Below, piece after piece: positions 12,343-32,589 of a stretch of DNA of 64,000 nucleotides. The DNA comes from Macrostomum lignano (Eukaryota): the NCBI GenBank assembly GCA_002269645.1, contig NIVC01000731.1, positions 1-64,000 of the forward strand. Direction: 5' to 3'. Position numbers and translations under genes: made by a program. The notes under the pieces were generated by a model. The model saw only the letters and a list, made by a program, of their open reading frames with translations, ran no database searches and was not told where the DNA came from. Within the stretch, counting starts at the first letter, position 1. Every line of letters starts with the position of its first letter.

Positions 12343-15300
12343 CTATAGACTCCATTCAATGATAACCGTATCGTTCCGGGGGTCTAATCGCCGCGCGGTT
12401 CCGCAGCCGCGGTATCCAGCTAACGTTATTCGTGCCTGCCCGCTGCGGGGGCGTACTGTGCACGGGCTCAGATGCATTAAATTCGGTGGAGTGCGCACAG
12501 GAATCTGCCTGGCCTGAGACCCCGCAGGACTCGCCTGCGCCTGCTGGTTTGCATTGGCCGCTGTCTGAGTATTTTCCACTGTTCTATCTATATTACTTCC
12601 AGTAGCTTCGTGAGCTCTCTCACGTTGCAAAAATCTAATTCTCTCTGGTCTCTGAATCTCCACTTGGACTCTTTCTGACTCCTCCGAGCCGTCATCACTA
12701 GCACTTCCAGCTTCCTCTTCTCGATATTGACGCAACTTTTCTTCTGACAAGTAGCAGGGCTTTGTTCTGTCTACTGTCACTACGTCATGAATTCTGACGG
12801 GTTGCTCTATTCGGTCAACCTTTGGACCGGGCTCAATTTTTAAATTTTTTCCATTATTTCTTACTTCAAGCACTCGTACGGACCTACCCATTTCCTATTC
12901 GTATCATAACAATTCTGCGTATTCGCTATCCAGACCAGGTCACCTGGCTGATAATACTGCTGGAATACTTTCGTGTCATAATTAGATTTCTGCCGCCTGA
13001 CTGATATTTGCTGCTTTTCTCTGGCGATTCTATACGATTCCATGCACTTCTTATACAGATCATGTAAATGTTTATCACGGGTCTTGCGCTCCGGTGCAGG
13101 CAATCCGAGCTCAGCATCAACCGGTAGCCGCATCTTTCGACCATAGACTAATTCGAACGGGCTAAACTTATTACTTTCACTGATTGTGCTTCGCTGAACC
13201 ATCAAAGCGTGCGGAAGCACCTCATCCCATGCCAAACTGAGTTCACTCTGGGCTAATCTGATTCCATCTTTCACTACTCTGACCATGCGCTCGCAGCGAC
13301 CGTTAGCTTGCGGATGGTAGCTAGTAGTATGGCGCAAATCTATTCGGAAATTTTCGGTTAACGATTTCACTAATTCTGCAGTAAATGATGTACCTCTGTC
13401 TGATATGAACGCTTCAGGAGCACCATGCCGAGTGATCCACTCTGTGTACAGGGCCCAAGCTGTACTCTCAGCTGTACAATCTCTCAGCGCTTTTACCTCT
13501 AGCCAGCCCGTAAAGTGATCAACCATCAGCAGGAGGTACTTGTTCCCCCGTGCTGTGGCGTTGAACGGACCGGCGAAATCTATATGTACTTTCTCGCCCA
13601 TGTAACTGCTGACTTCTGGTTCTAAGGGCGCTCGTGGCTTCGGCCCGTATTTCTTTCTTGTCTGGCACTCAGTACAAGTCTTAATATATCTATCTAAGTT
13701 CGTTGAATAGTTTGGCCACCAAAATCTCTGTCGAATCAAATCTTTAGTCTTCGAAATACCGCCGTGAGCCATTTGATCGTGGTAAGCTCTAAACAACTGC
13801 TGCTCCAGGGCTTGGTTTTCCGGCAGTACAGTCTGCTCAAATTTTCGGCCTTCGGAATCTATCCAATTCCTGTAAATTATGTCATTTTTCACTAATAGCT
13901 GCTCATAATCGCTAAATAAAGACTTATAACTGCGGCTCATTCCAACCCATTCATTCTTGGGCGGACAGGGCTCTCCCTGTCTGAGCTTTTGCTTGAGCAG
14001 CAGCAACTCTGGCTGGCTCTCCTGCAGTTCTACAATTCCCGCTGGCGTATCGATATTAATTGCACCGCAGTGGACTGTTGCTGTCTTCGTCGCACTGCAA
14101 GTGGGGCATTCCTCATGGTAGCGTTTCGGGGGACCATCCCGCTGAGGTCTGCGACTCAGGGCGTCTGCGTTACCATGGGCAATCCCTTGGCGGTACTGAA
14201 TTGCAAAGTCATATTCTTCCATTCTCGAAATAACTTCAAACTGATCAAACTGCTCAAGGATCATGTTCCATCTACCTAACATGCCTTTTGCACCGTGGCA
14301 CTTGCGTAGCCATTGGAGGGCCGCGTGGTCTGTCCTGACCTTGAAACGACGGCCGACCAGATAAGGCCGGTAATGTTCTAAGAAATATATCAGCGCAAAC
14401 ATTTCCTTCATCGTAGTGCAGTAATTCAACTGATGCTCATTTAACGGATGCGAAGCATAGGCTATTACTTTTCTTCCCCATCTTGCTCTTGTAATAAATT
14501 TCCACCTATAGCTACGTCACAGGCGTCGACATCGAGGATGAACGGTCCCGCGTCGCTATCGAACCTGGGGTAGCTCAGCACAGGTGCGCTTACTAACTTC
14601 TGCTTTAATAGATCGAATGCCTTCTGGCAACTGTCATCCCACTTATACTTGACATCTTTTCTAGTTAAATTATTCAAGGGCTCACTTATTCGCGCAAAGT
14701 CTTTAATAAATCTGCGATAGTAGCCGGCTAAGCCTAAGAATCCGCGCAGCTCAGAGATATTCTCTGGCCGGGGCCATGTCTGGACTTTTTCTATCTTATC
14801 TTTGCTGGTATAGATACCGTGCTGGCAGACGGTGTGCCCTAGGAAGGTGACTTCTTTCCGAAACAGAAAGGTCTTCTCTGGCTTGATTTTCATTCCAGCA
14901 TCTGCTAATCGAGAGAAAATTAATTCTAAATTTCCTAGCATTTCTTCGAAATTCTTGCCTGTGCAAATTACATCATCTAGGTAGAGTAAGGCAAACTTAT
15001 AAGCGTAATCGCCTAAGATCTTCTGCATTATGCGCTGAAAGCAAGCGGGTCCATTCGTGACTCCGAAAGGCAAAACTTTCCACTGGAACAGGCCATCATG
15101 GGTTCGAAACGCTAATTTCTCGCGGTCAGTCTCTCTGACCTTCACTGACCAATAAGCGCCGACCATGTCTAGGGTGCTAAAGTACATGTTGCCTGCCAGG
15201 GATTCCAGCGATTCTTGAATTAGCGGTAACGGAAAACTGTCCTTCTTAGTCTTATTATTTAACTGTCTGAAGTCACAGCAAAATCTGAATTCTCCGGACT

Positions 15301-17133
15301 TCTTCCGGGCGAGAACAATAGGGCAACTCCACTCAGATTCTGAGGGCTCAATCAAATCGTGCTCTAATAGCTGCTGCACATGCCCGCTAACAAATTCTCG
15401 TTGCTCAGGGCTTTGCTTGCGCAGGGGAATTCTGACTGGAATTTCATCGGTAGTCTCAATCTTGAATTCGCCCATCTGGTCTTTCCGATATCCCACTGAT
15501 CCTTTGAAACTATATTTTGATAACGATGTAATAATTCAATTACTTTTCTCTTCTGAGCCTCACTTAAATCGGTCTCGTTTAAGCGGAATTGATCCCTAAG
15601 TCTATCAGCTTCTTGCACCGTAATTGCTGCCTTCGATTGCTTCTGCGCACCTACTTCTAAATCAGTTTCTGACATTGCGAAAAGTTCTACATCTTCCTTC
15701 AGCGGTTGATACTGCGCAACTACCTCATCCTTATGAATTGTCTGTGCCTCTTCTGTCAGGTTCATTAATCTAACGTAAGTTTCGCCGAATTCGTCCAATC
15801 TAGTAATAGCTTTAGCTACTAATGGCTCATCTTTCTCGCTAATTTGACTGCGGCCTGAAATGAAGCCGAGTTCTGCAGTCTCTGGAATATCTTTACATTT
15901 AGCCTTGACATAAATTTCGCTCATCGGTGCTATAGATACTTTCTTGACTACTTGCAGTAGGACGCAACGCGTTTCATCACTCGTTGTTACAAGCGGAATT
16001 CTGCGATCACTAAATTCTAAGGATTTTCCTGCTATATCTAATTTAATTTTATGCCTAGTTAACAAGTCGATGCCTATTATTGATGATGTTAGTAAGCCTT
16101 CAGCAACATAGAATGGGTGCGTAATCTCGCAGTCCCCAAATCTGACGCGCAATGCTACTTGGCCTAATAAATTTGAAGTCTGGCCATTGGCGGATCGCAT
16201 ATTCACTGAGCATGGCTTCAAACTATGATTTGCCGGATAGAGGCGCTGATATAATTTACTATCAATTAGGCAATTCGAGGCGCCGGTGTCAACTAATATT
16301 TTTTCGCTTAATCCGTTAATCTGGCTATCGAGGAATAATCCTGAATTCACTAATTGGCTAGATATGTCTGCTTCTACGGTCTTCTCCTGCTTCTCTGTCG
16401 CTTTCTTCTCAGCTGCCACATCTCGCTGGATGGCTGTCTCTAACTTCCTTAATTCTTGCTTCATTTCCCTAAGTTCAGCTCTAAGTTCTGCTGTCGTCGC
16501 ACTCTTGTCAGGTTCTTCTTTCGTTGATTCTTCTTGGACTTTCTCTACCAAGCATTGGCGCAAGTCCTTCAATTCGGTTCTTAGATCTGATAATTCTTTT
16601 ACTACCTTAGATTCGTCTGCTGAAGCTTTCTTTCCTTCTACTTCACTAAGTCGCAAGTCTATGCTGTTTAATGCACTTCTCTGAGCTGCTGCAGCTTCGC
16701 TTCGTTTCTCTAATTCTTCTGTCAACGCCTCTGACTGTCTAGCTAAGCTCGCTGACTTCTGTTTGTCAATTTCTGCTAATCTGCGTTCCTCGTTTGAGCA
16801 AATTTTAACATTGACCGCTCTCTGTTTCCTACTATGAGTAGTATCGTTAGTGCGAATAAATTTTACTGTCGCCCTCTGGCGCAGAAAATGCATAATTTCG
16901 TAATCAGTTGCTATATTAGTATTAGTCACATGAAAGAATATATCTCTATTATCGCTATCTCGCAGAAATCCGTAGCCTCTGTAATAATTGTACCAAACTA
17001 AGTTGCCATATTCTACATTGACTGAGCTGTCTTGCTGGTCCTCTACTGCTGCAGCTCTTCTATTGGGAGTGAATCGGTTTAATGGCTGGGGGCGGTTGGC
17101 CCTCCCTTGGTGCCGCCCCGTCGGTAGTTTAAA
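12343..17133 (-). CDS. pol: Gypsy pol: cold-shock domain, coiled coil, aspartic protease, RT, RNase H, integrase with GPY/F; split by three apparent 1-nt deletions (~15478, ~14470, ~12876)
   Basis: LVDTGAS and IIGIDLL (PR); RFCCDFRQLN and YLDD (RT); DACD, VIAYAS and TDH (RH); H-x4-H..C-x2-C and D,D,E core (IN); WVGPY. The frame is open from the slippery site at 17133. Confidence 0.92.
16801..17013 (-). other. Cold-shock domain (S1-like OB fold) at the N-terminus of Pol
   Basis: Manual in-frame translation EYGNLVWYNYYRGYGFLRDSDNRDIFFHVTNTNIATDYEIMHFLRQRATVKFIRTNDTTHSRKQRAVNVKI contains WYN, RNP1 RGYGFL, RNP2 DIFFH and terminal AVNV. Confidence 0.85.
17065..17133 (-). promoter_or_regulatory. 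-1 programmed ribosomal frameshift signal (U UUA AAC, 7-nt spacer, predicted H-type pseudoknot)
   Basis: TTTAAAC at 17133-17127 is phased T TTA AAC in the gag frame. Stem 1 GGGGCGG (17119-17113) / CCGCCCC (17095-17089); stem 2 GGGAG (17106-17102) / CTCCC (17069-17065). The -1 frame is the pol frame. Confidence 0.85.
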
Positions 17134-18312
17134 GAATTTCGTCTAACTGGGCAGTCTCTGGCCAGGTGAGTTTCTTCGCCGCACTCATAACAGGCCTTTC
17201 TCGCATTTGGCGCGTTCGCCCCCGAAGGTTTGAACCTGTCATTGGCCCCTCCGGCCTCGTGACCAAAGCGTGGCGGGCGTGTCATGGCGGGCCTGACAAA
17301 AGGCGAAGACTGCCTATTATAGGGTCTTGAGTAGCTGCTCATATGATGCTGTGGCCGAAGCTATTCTGAGGCTGCACTGGTGCCTGTGGCCTATAGCTTG
17401 GGTTCATTTGTCTATGGGCAAACCTGGGTTGCCATTGCCTGTAGTCGAACTGAGGCTGATAATTCTGGTACGATTGGTACTGCGAAGGATAGTTGCTCGG
17501 GGAAGCAAACTGAGGTCCAAATGACTGGTGGCCTTGCCCGTGCTGGGTGCTGCTACAGGCGTCTGTTCCTTCCCTACTTGAGCCGTTAACGTATTCGAGC
17601 CCTCTTGCTTCCTTCTACTCTTTTGGCTACCTGGGTTTGCGAGTTCTTCGAGGATCTCCTCGTTCTTAGCTGCAGTCAATAAATCTTGAGTCTGATACTT
17701 CGATTCATGGGTTCTACGATAGGCAATAACTGCGCGCCTGACTTTATAATTTGCTATGCCGGCTTCAAATCGTTCAGAAACTCGCTCTCGAGCCTGATTC
17801 TCTAGTCCTGCCTTCCTAACTAATTCAACTAATGCGTCGTAAAATTCTTCTAATGATTCGTCTTCCTTCTGCTTGCGGTTCATCAGCTCTAGCTTCGCTT
17901 CTTCCTTCTGTCCTACGGGCTTAAATTTGTCCTTTAAAGTCTTTTCGATGCTTTCAAATGATTCGGTGCTCGCTAGGCCTAAGTTAATGTAAACCTTATA
18001 GGCGTCTTCGTCTAGGAGCGACAATAGCTGATACACTTTGGCCGATTCATCTATACCGTTGCCTTGACAGTAGTTGTTGAAGATTCTTAGAAACAATTCG
18101 AAATCTGAGCCAAGTCGGTATGGCTTTGGCTTTGCTACGCTGTTATGCGACTTCAAAATCACTCTAGGTTCAGGATTTTCGGTTTCCATTCTTCTTATGC
18201 GATCCTGCAGTTCTCTCACTACCGTTCTCAAATGTTCGGCCTCATCTACTTCGCCTTCGTTCCTAATCTCAACTGACTTCGATTCCTGACTATTTTCTCC
18301 GTCTTGCGCCAT
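17079..18312 (-). CDS. gag: Gypsy gag with Q/Y/P-rich linker and CCHC zinc knuckle; two apparent 1-nt deletions (~17546, ~17357)
   Basis: ATG at 18312, capsid-like KPKPYRLGSDFELF..QLLSLL, knuckle CYECGEETHLARDC, stop at 17079. Confidence 0.85.
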
Positions 18313-18817
18313 GCTAAGTGTCAACCAATTGGAATTTCTATTACTGCAACTTCAGAAAGTACAACTTGTAAAGCTATAACAATTTCAATGATCTAGCTTT
18401 CTATTTTATCTAATGAGCGGAATCGGTCGCCTCGCTCGCACTGGCAATAACTGATAAGAAAAACTGAATGTACACTGAGACAAATTCAACCAATGTACTC
18501 TCTAGTGCGCGCACTCGCAGACTATGCTAATAAACACTAATAAAATTTTCAACTGTAAACAAAATCTACTTTCACACGCAAGTTTCTATTAAAGTGCTAA
18601 TTTGAGTTTAGAAAGTCAATTTTATTTTTCCCACTCCTAAATCCTATTCAGTATTTTGGGGTAACTGGCCAACCGCAAAACCACACCTAATGCGGAATTG
18701 CTGCACACTGCGTGGTTGACGAAATAGCCGCTACGAGCCTGGAACAGACTCGTTGAATTTTAGTCTCAGCTTGCTCACTTAGAGCGCCTACCAATAAACT
18801 GCCGCCTGCTAACTATT

Positions 18818-18835
18818 GGATTCCCAGGGGCTCCA
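18818..18835 (-). other. Primer-binding site TGGAGCCCCTGGGAATCC (tRNA not assigned)
   Basis: Begins with TGG 2 nt inside the 5' LTR boundary. Confidence 0.7.
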
Positions 18836-18837
18836 CT

Positions 18838-20032
18838 TGTGATAAATAGGCAATTAGATAATAGCATGCACGGTGAGCAATTTTTTTTAGGCCCTAGACA
18901 AACCTACTTGGAGCGTTCGAAGATTTTAAAGCTATTAATCCTAATCGCCTATCGCCGGTCGGCGAGTCCTACCAGTCTTTCTCCAATAGCCGCAGGTACG
19001 GTACAAGAAAATAAAGAACACGAGGGAACACAAACCGAAAGATTTAGAGAGTGATAATCCTATGTGATACAACTGATAATTGGCTAGACGGTTTAATTCG
19101 GTTATACGAGTTACAGGATTCAAGCAATTTCGCGACGCAGATAATTAGACTGATGATAACGAATAGTAACGATTAATAATAATGATTATATTACGCATAC
19201 GCACTGACAAGCGGATCTCAGCTTGAAGAAGAAGGAGAAGAACCGAACACGACCACGGAGAAGACTCCTAACCCCTGGCCTAAGCCAGAACCTACTCTCA
19301 AACGAGAGCCCTGCCGAACCGACCGTTCAACGGAGTACCGACTAAATTCTATCGGCACTGCCCTTCAGTGTAACACTGAGGCCCTCGGGGTCGAGGCCGC
19401 GTACTTGATCAGATCCGACAGTCTCTATCTAACCGCGCTTGATAGCGACGACTTCAGACAGGAATTTGCCGTAGACGTTACGCCACAAGACTACTGCGGT
19501 TGGGCGGGAACAAAGATATGGACCGGGGGTGATGAAATCAAAACGCCTCAAAGCGCGAACCAACAAGGGGAGGAAAAGTCGGGCCACCGGCCGGGAACTG
19601 GACAAGACAAAACCGGGGAAAGGAGAGAGAAGCGAGATCCGATTGCCAAAACGCACTTTCATATATAGTCAGAGTCGCAACCCCTCAAAACCCCCTCAAG
19701 CCGGGTGGTGGTCGTCTGGCCGGCCGCTTGCTTAAGCCGAATTGCACTGTGCCCGCGGCGCCGGGTAGAATTGAAACTTGCCGCGTGCCAGGGTCCAGGC
19801 CGGTTCTGATTGGCTGGCCGCGCAAAGCTGGGGTTCGCAGACAAACTCAACCCTCCGCTGAGTCACAAACGGCGTCTAACTCTAACCTGTTTACCATTTT
19901 AGATTTCAACCAACTAGAAAAAGTACACAAAAAACGCATGACTAAACTAAAGCAAAATAACAATTCAATAACAATATAGAAACTAATGCAGTCAATTTAC
20001 AACAAAATAAACGCAAAGATGCTCACACTACA
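18838..20032 (-). repeat. 5' LTR (1195 bp)
   Basis: Matches 9503-10697; followed on the + strand by TSD TCAG. Confidence 0.95.
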
Positions 20033-21130
20033 TCAGTATAATAGTGTCATTTTTACATCTTGCTAACTCTCTATCCAAAATCAATATTGTCATTATTATT
20101 AGTATTATTATCATTATTATTAGGCCTACATATTAAATTTTGGATTTTGCAAGTCTTGTTTGCCTTAATCTTCGGGTAGGTCAGTCATTTCAAGCAAAGT
20201 TGGCAGCTAAACAAATATTTAAAATTAACTCTTCTAACAAATTTTTTAATGAAGTACCTAATAATATTTAGTATTCAGTAGGCCCCTAGTTTATTTGGAA
20301 GATTTGTAAAATACAAAAAGATAGTCTTTGCAAGCAACTTTTTTAGAATAAAAAATTAACACATAATTAGATATATATTATATAGTCATATGGATATGAC
20401 AACATATGACAAACACTTCAAACAAAAATACAACAAAACTATATACAGCATGCTAATAAACTATATGTAAATATCAGATCTAGAAAGACCTTTGGGTTGG
20501 GGTCCTTGAACAGATTTATTTTAAGGTTCTCTATTCCAATAAGCTGCTGTAGGGATAAGCTGAAACTAATTGACATGGATCCCTATGAATAAAATTAGAA
20601 TTATTGATATGGCTTATAGCAAGGGTCAACAAACTTTTTTCAGTGCAAGCCAGATTGGACAACTGGCTGAGTTGGCAGGCCAGAAAAAATGTACAACCAA
20701 TTAAGCTACTATAAATAACAATTTGGTAGCCTATAAAATCATTTATTAAATTATTTTTTCACTTGAATTTGATTCCTTTCTTTTTTAGAGTAAAAAAGAT
20801 GAAGCAAGTGAATGAATTATAATAGGCCTCTAGTTTTTATAACAATTTCTTAGAAAAAGCTGCATTTCAAAATGTACTACTGTTGTTATACTATGGGAAT
20901 ATTAAAAATATTTCTTATATGCAAAATATTCTGAATATTCTATGTATTAATACTTTGTTTTAAATACTAAGGAAATTTTACTATAAATAGGAGTCAGCTG
21001 GGAGCCAAAATAAATAACCTTGTGAACCTTTTCTTGTTTGTTGGTCTTGTACCATTGTTTCAAATATTGATCAAGCTTTAAATCAGCCTTGGGCTTGTGA
21101 TCACTCTTGTTACTTATTTTGAGAAGTGGA

Positions 21131-21607
21131 TAGTGACATAGGAGTTGCCCCAAGATTGGGAGTTCAGTCTGTTCTCAGAGAACGGGAAATCCTAGACTTA
21201 GGAGTCTAGTAACCCACCTTTAGAAGGCAGAATTCCTACCACAGGGTAGAGAAATCCAGGCTTAGAGTCTGAGAAACCCGCCTCAGGGCAGAATACCCAG
21301 CAAGTAAGCTGTGACCCTCTGATCCTGGGAATGCCCAGGACTGAGAATAATATCTTTAGAGGAGTATAGGGATAGGATAGACAGTGCCTAAAAGACCGCT
21401 CAGGCCAGAAAGTACAATAGAAGTACAGATGCTACCAATAAAAGTACACATGTTACCAATAGAAGTACATGCGCTACTAGTAAAAGGCAAGTAATAACCA
21501 GTAAGATTAATAAGCAGAAATAACCCCTGTTACAACTGGTGGCAATTAGTGGGAAAATTGGAGGACAGAAGTAAACCCTAGGACAACTTTGGTGTCAACG
21601 GTGGGAT
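21131..21607 (+). mobile_element. Relic LTR end with degenerate tRNA-Leu-type PBS motifs
   Basis: TGTTACA ending at 21534 followed by TGGTGGCAATTAGTGGGA; second motif TGGTGTCAACGGTGGGAT (21590-21607) is 16/18 to the TGGTGGCAGCGGTGGGAT Leu PBS as recalled. Left boundary uncertain. Confidence 0.35.
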
Positions 21608-21644
21608 TTTTTATGACAGGAGCAAGCACTGTAACAGAATTAAC

Positions 21645-22416
21645 AGTTTAACATGTACCTGGCAGCTAAATTGTTTGTTATAGTCAATTGCCACATCACG
21701 ATACAAGGGTACTACTTGAAAGTTAAACACTAACAGTGGCTCAATCCAACCTGAGGTTGCTAGTTGTCCATCCAGCTATCTAGAGAGTATGATTAATAGC
21801 CCAAAATTAGAAAAGTAACCAGAGGCTTGACTTAAATCCTAGTATTGGCAGCTTGGCAGCTAATTTTTCATTCTCAAACCAAAGAATACTAAGCTAATAT
21901 AGAATGCCAGTGTGGTTCAAAAAGTGAAGCTGAAATCTTGATTCCTCAGGCATTTACATTTTTTCGTTTTGACCATAAACAAAATTTATTATAAAGAAGT
22001 CATTTAATAATAAGAAATTTGCAACTTTGGCTGCAACACGCAAACTGCAATTTTTGTTGAGTAATAGTGAGTAAAGTTTATTACAAACAAACTTTTGTTT
22101 GTAATAGCTCAGTATTCTTTGTAATAGCTCAGTATTCTTTGTCTCAAATGTATATCCCCCTTTAAAAGTCCCTCTGGCTCCCGTATTGTCACAGCCTTTT
22201 GACCATAGACATGCATATTTTCATGCTTTGTGCGCATAAAACTGATACTATTTTTAAAATTCTTGACATCAGTGCACAAATTCAAATGTGGTGGAGAGAT
22301 GTGCTTCAATAAAATTACCCAGTCACACTATTACCCAATGTTAAAGTAGTATCCTTGTGTCATGATATGGCAATTGACTATAACAAACAATTTAGCTACC
22401 AGGTACATGTTAAACT
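21645..22416. repeat. 76-bp inverted repeat pair (21645-21720 / 22341-22416)
   Basis: 70/76 identity by manual reverse-complement comparison. Confidence 0.85.
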
Positions 22417-23739
22417 ATTACTTTATTCACCTATTTTGGATTTTAAAAATAGAAGGGAGTCAAATTCAAATGAAAAAAATAATTTAATGAACAATTTTAT
22501 AGGATAAGCCAATAATTTTAGATGATAGACCAAACATAACCAATAATACCACAGTTAAAATTGACACAAGAATGACAGGATGAAAGCTAATTCGCTTGTA
22601 AAGTTGAATGTTTCAATACAAATTTGATTTGCAGGCCACTTTTACATTGTTAGATAGTAAGAGTGCTGCGGGCTGGACTCGAAGATGTTGTAGGTCGGAT
22701 CTAGGCTGCAGTTTGCTGACCCTTGGCCTACAGACTTAAATGGTGGCAGCTATTTCAATAAGCTGCCATGGGGATAAGCTAGAAATTATTGACACGGATC
22801 TGTATGGATAAAATTGGAATTATCAGTATGGGACTGTGGGGATAAGCACTTCCATTACAGATACTAAAATAAACACTATTAACTAGATAGGCTACTCCAA
22901 GCATTTATATGCAAGCTACTTTTAGTTTAGTAATAAGTTAAACTAAAGCATTTTAATATATTTTTTAAGACAAGTAGAGATCAGATGAGATCTCAATCTT
23001 GCAATCAATATTCTTCCAGATTTTGACTTTTTTCTCAATCAAATCTCAATTTAAAAAAAAGTGCCAAGAATCTGAGATATAAAATAAAGTAAAATAAAGA
23101 GCCTTTGATTGAATACCAATTTTCTGAGTATAGAATAGATTACCTAGACTATTTTAGGCTATTTTATAGTCATTTATATATTTTTTATTTCTTTTTTTAT
23201 AGTCAATAGGAAGAAATTGCATTTACATTAATAATTGACATTTCATGCAATTAACCTCAGCTAAAGTTGATGACAAGAACCATTAGAAGTTATCATTGTA
23301 TCAACATATTAACAAAGCATGTTTCTTTATTTTTTATTTTACAGCCTCTTTTTTGCAGTTCAAGATTTTTACTTAATTAGATGGTATTTGTTTTGTGTTG
23401 TTTGTAAAAAGAACCATTTTGCTATTTTTATGGTCAGCATAACAATTTAAAATAGCTTATTGAAGATTAGTAAAGCAATAAGATTGCAAGCTAAGATTTA
23501 ATTGTGGCCAAAAGTTTCAAAATCTCAAAACAATCTCTAAATCGGGATGGATCAATATCTCACCCTTAGCTATAGCCAAAAAATTAGACTACTTTTTAGA
23601 GATTTTAACCGTAGCCATAGCCTCACCATGATAATAAGTATTGAATTTCTCCCAGCTTTAGTGCTTATGCCTTCTAGCCTCAAATTTGATGGGAAGAATG
23701 TAATCCAAAAGCTCTATGAGTGGACTTTTTCTATAGTAG

Positions 23740-32564
<8,825 letters not shown>

Positions 32565-32589
32565 GCTGCTGGGGTGGCTTGAGACTGAC

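Larger units (their letters stand above)
9503..20032 (-). mobile_element. Full-length Ty3/Gypsy LTR retrotransposon (gag-CCHC, CSD, coiled coil, PR, RT, RH, IN; no env)
   Basis: Two TG...CA LTRs offset by 9335 bp, TSD TCAG (9499-9502 and 20033-20036), PBS, PPT, domain order PR-RT-RH-IN. Confidence 0.97.
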
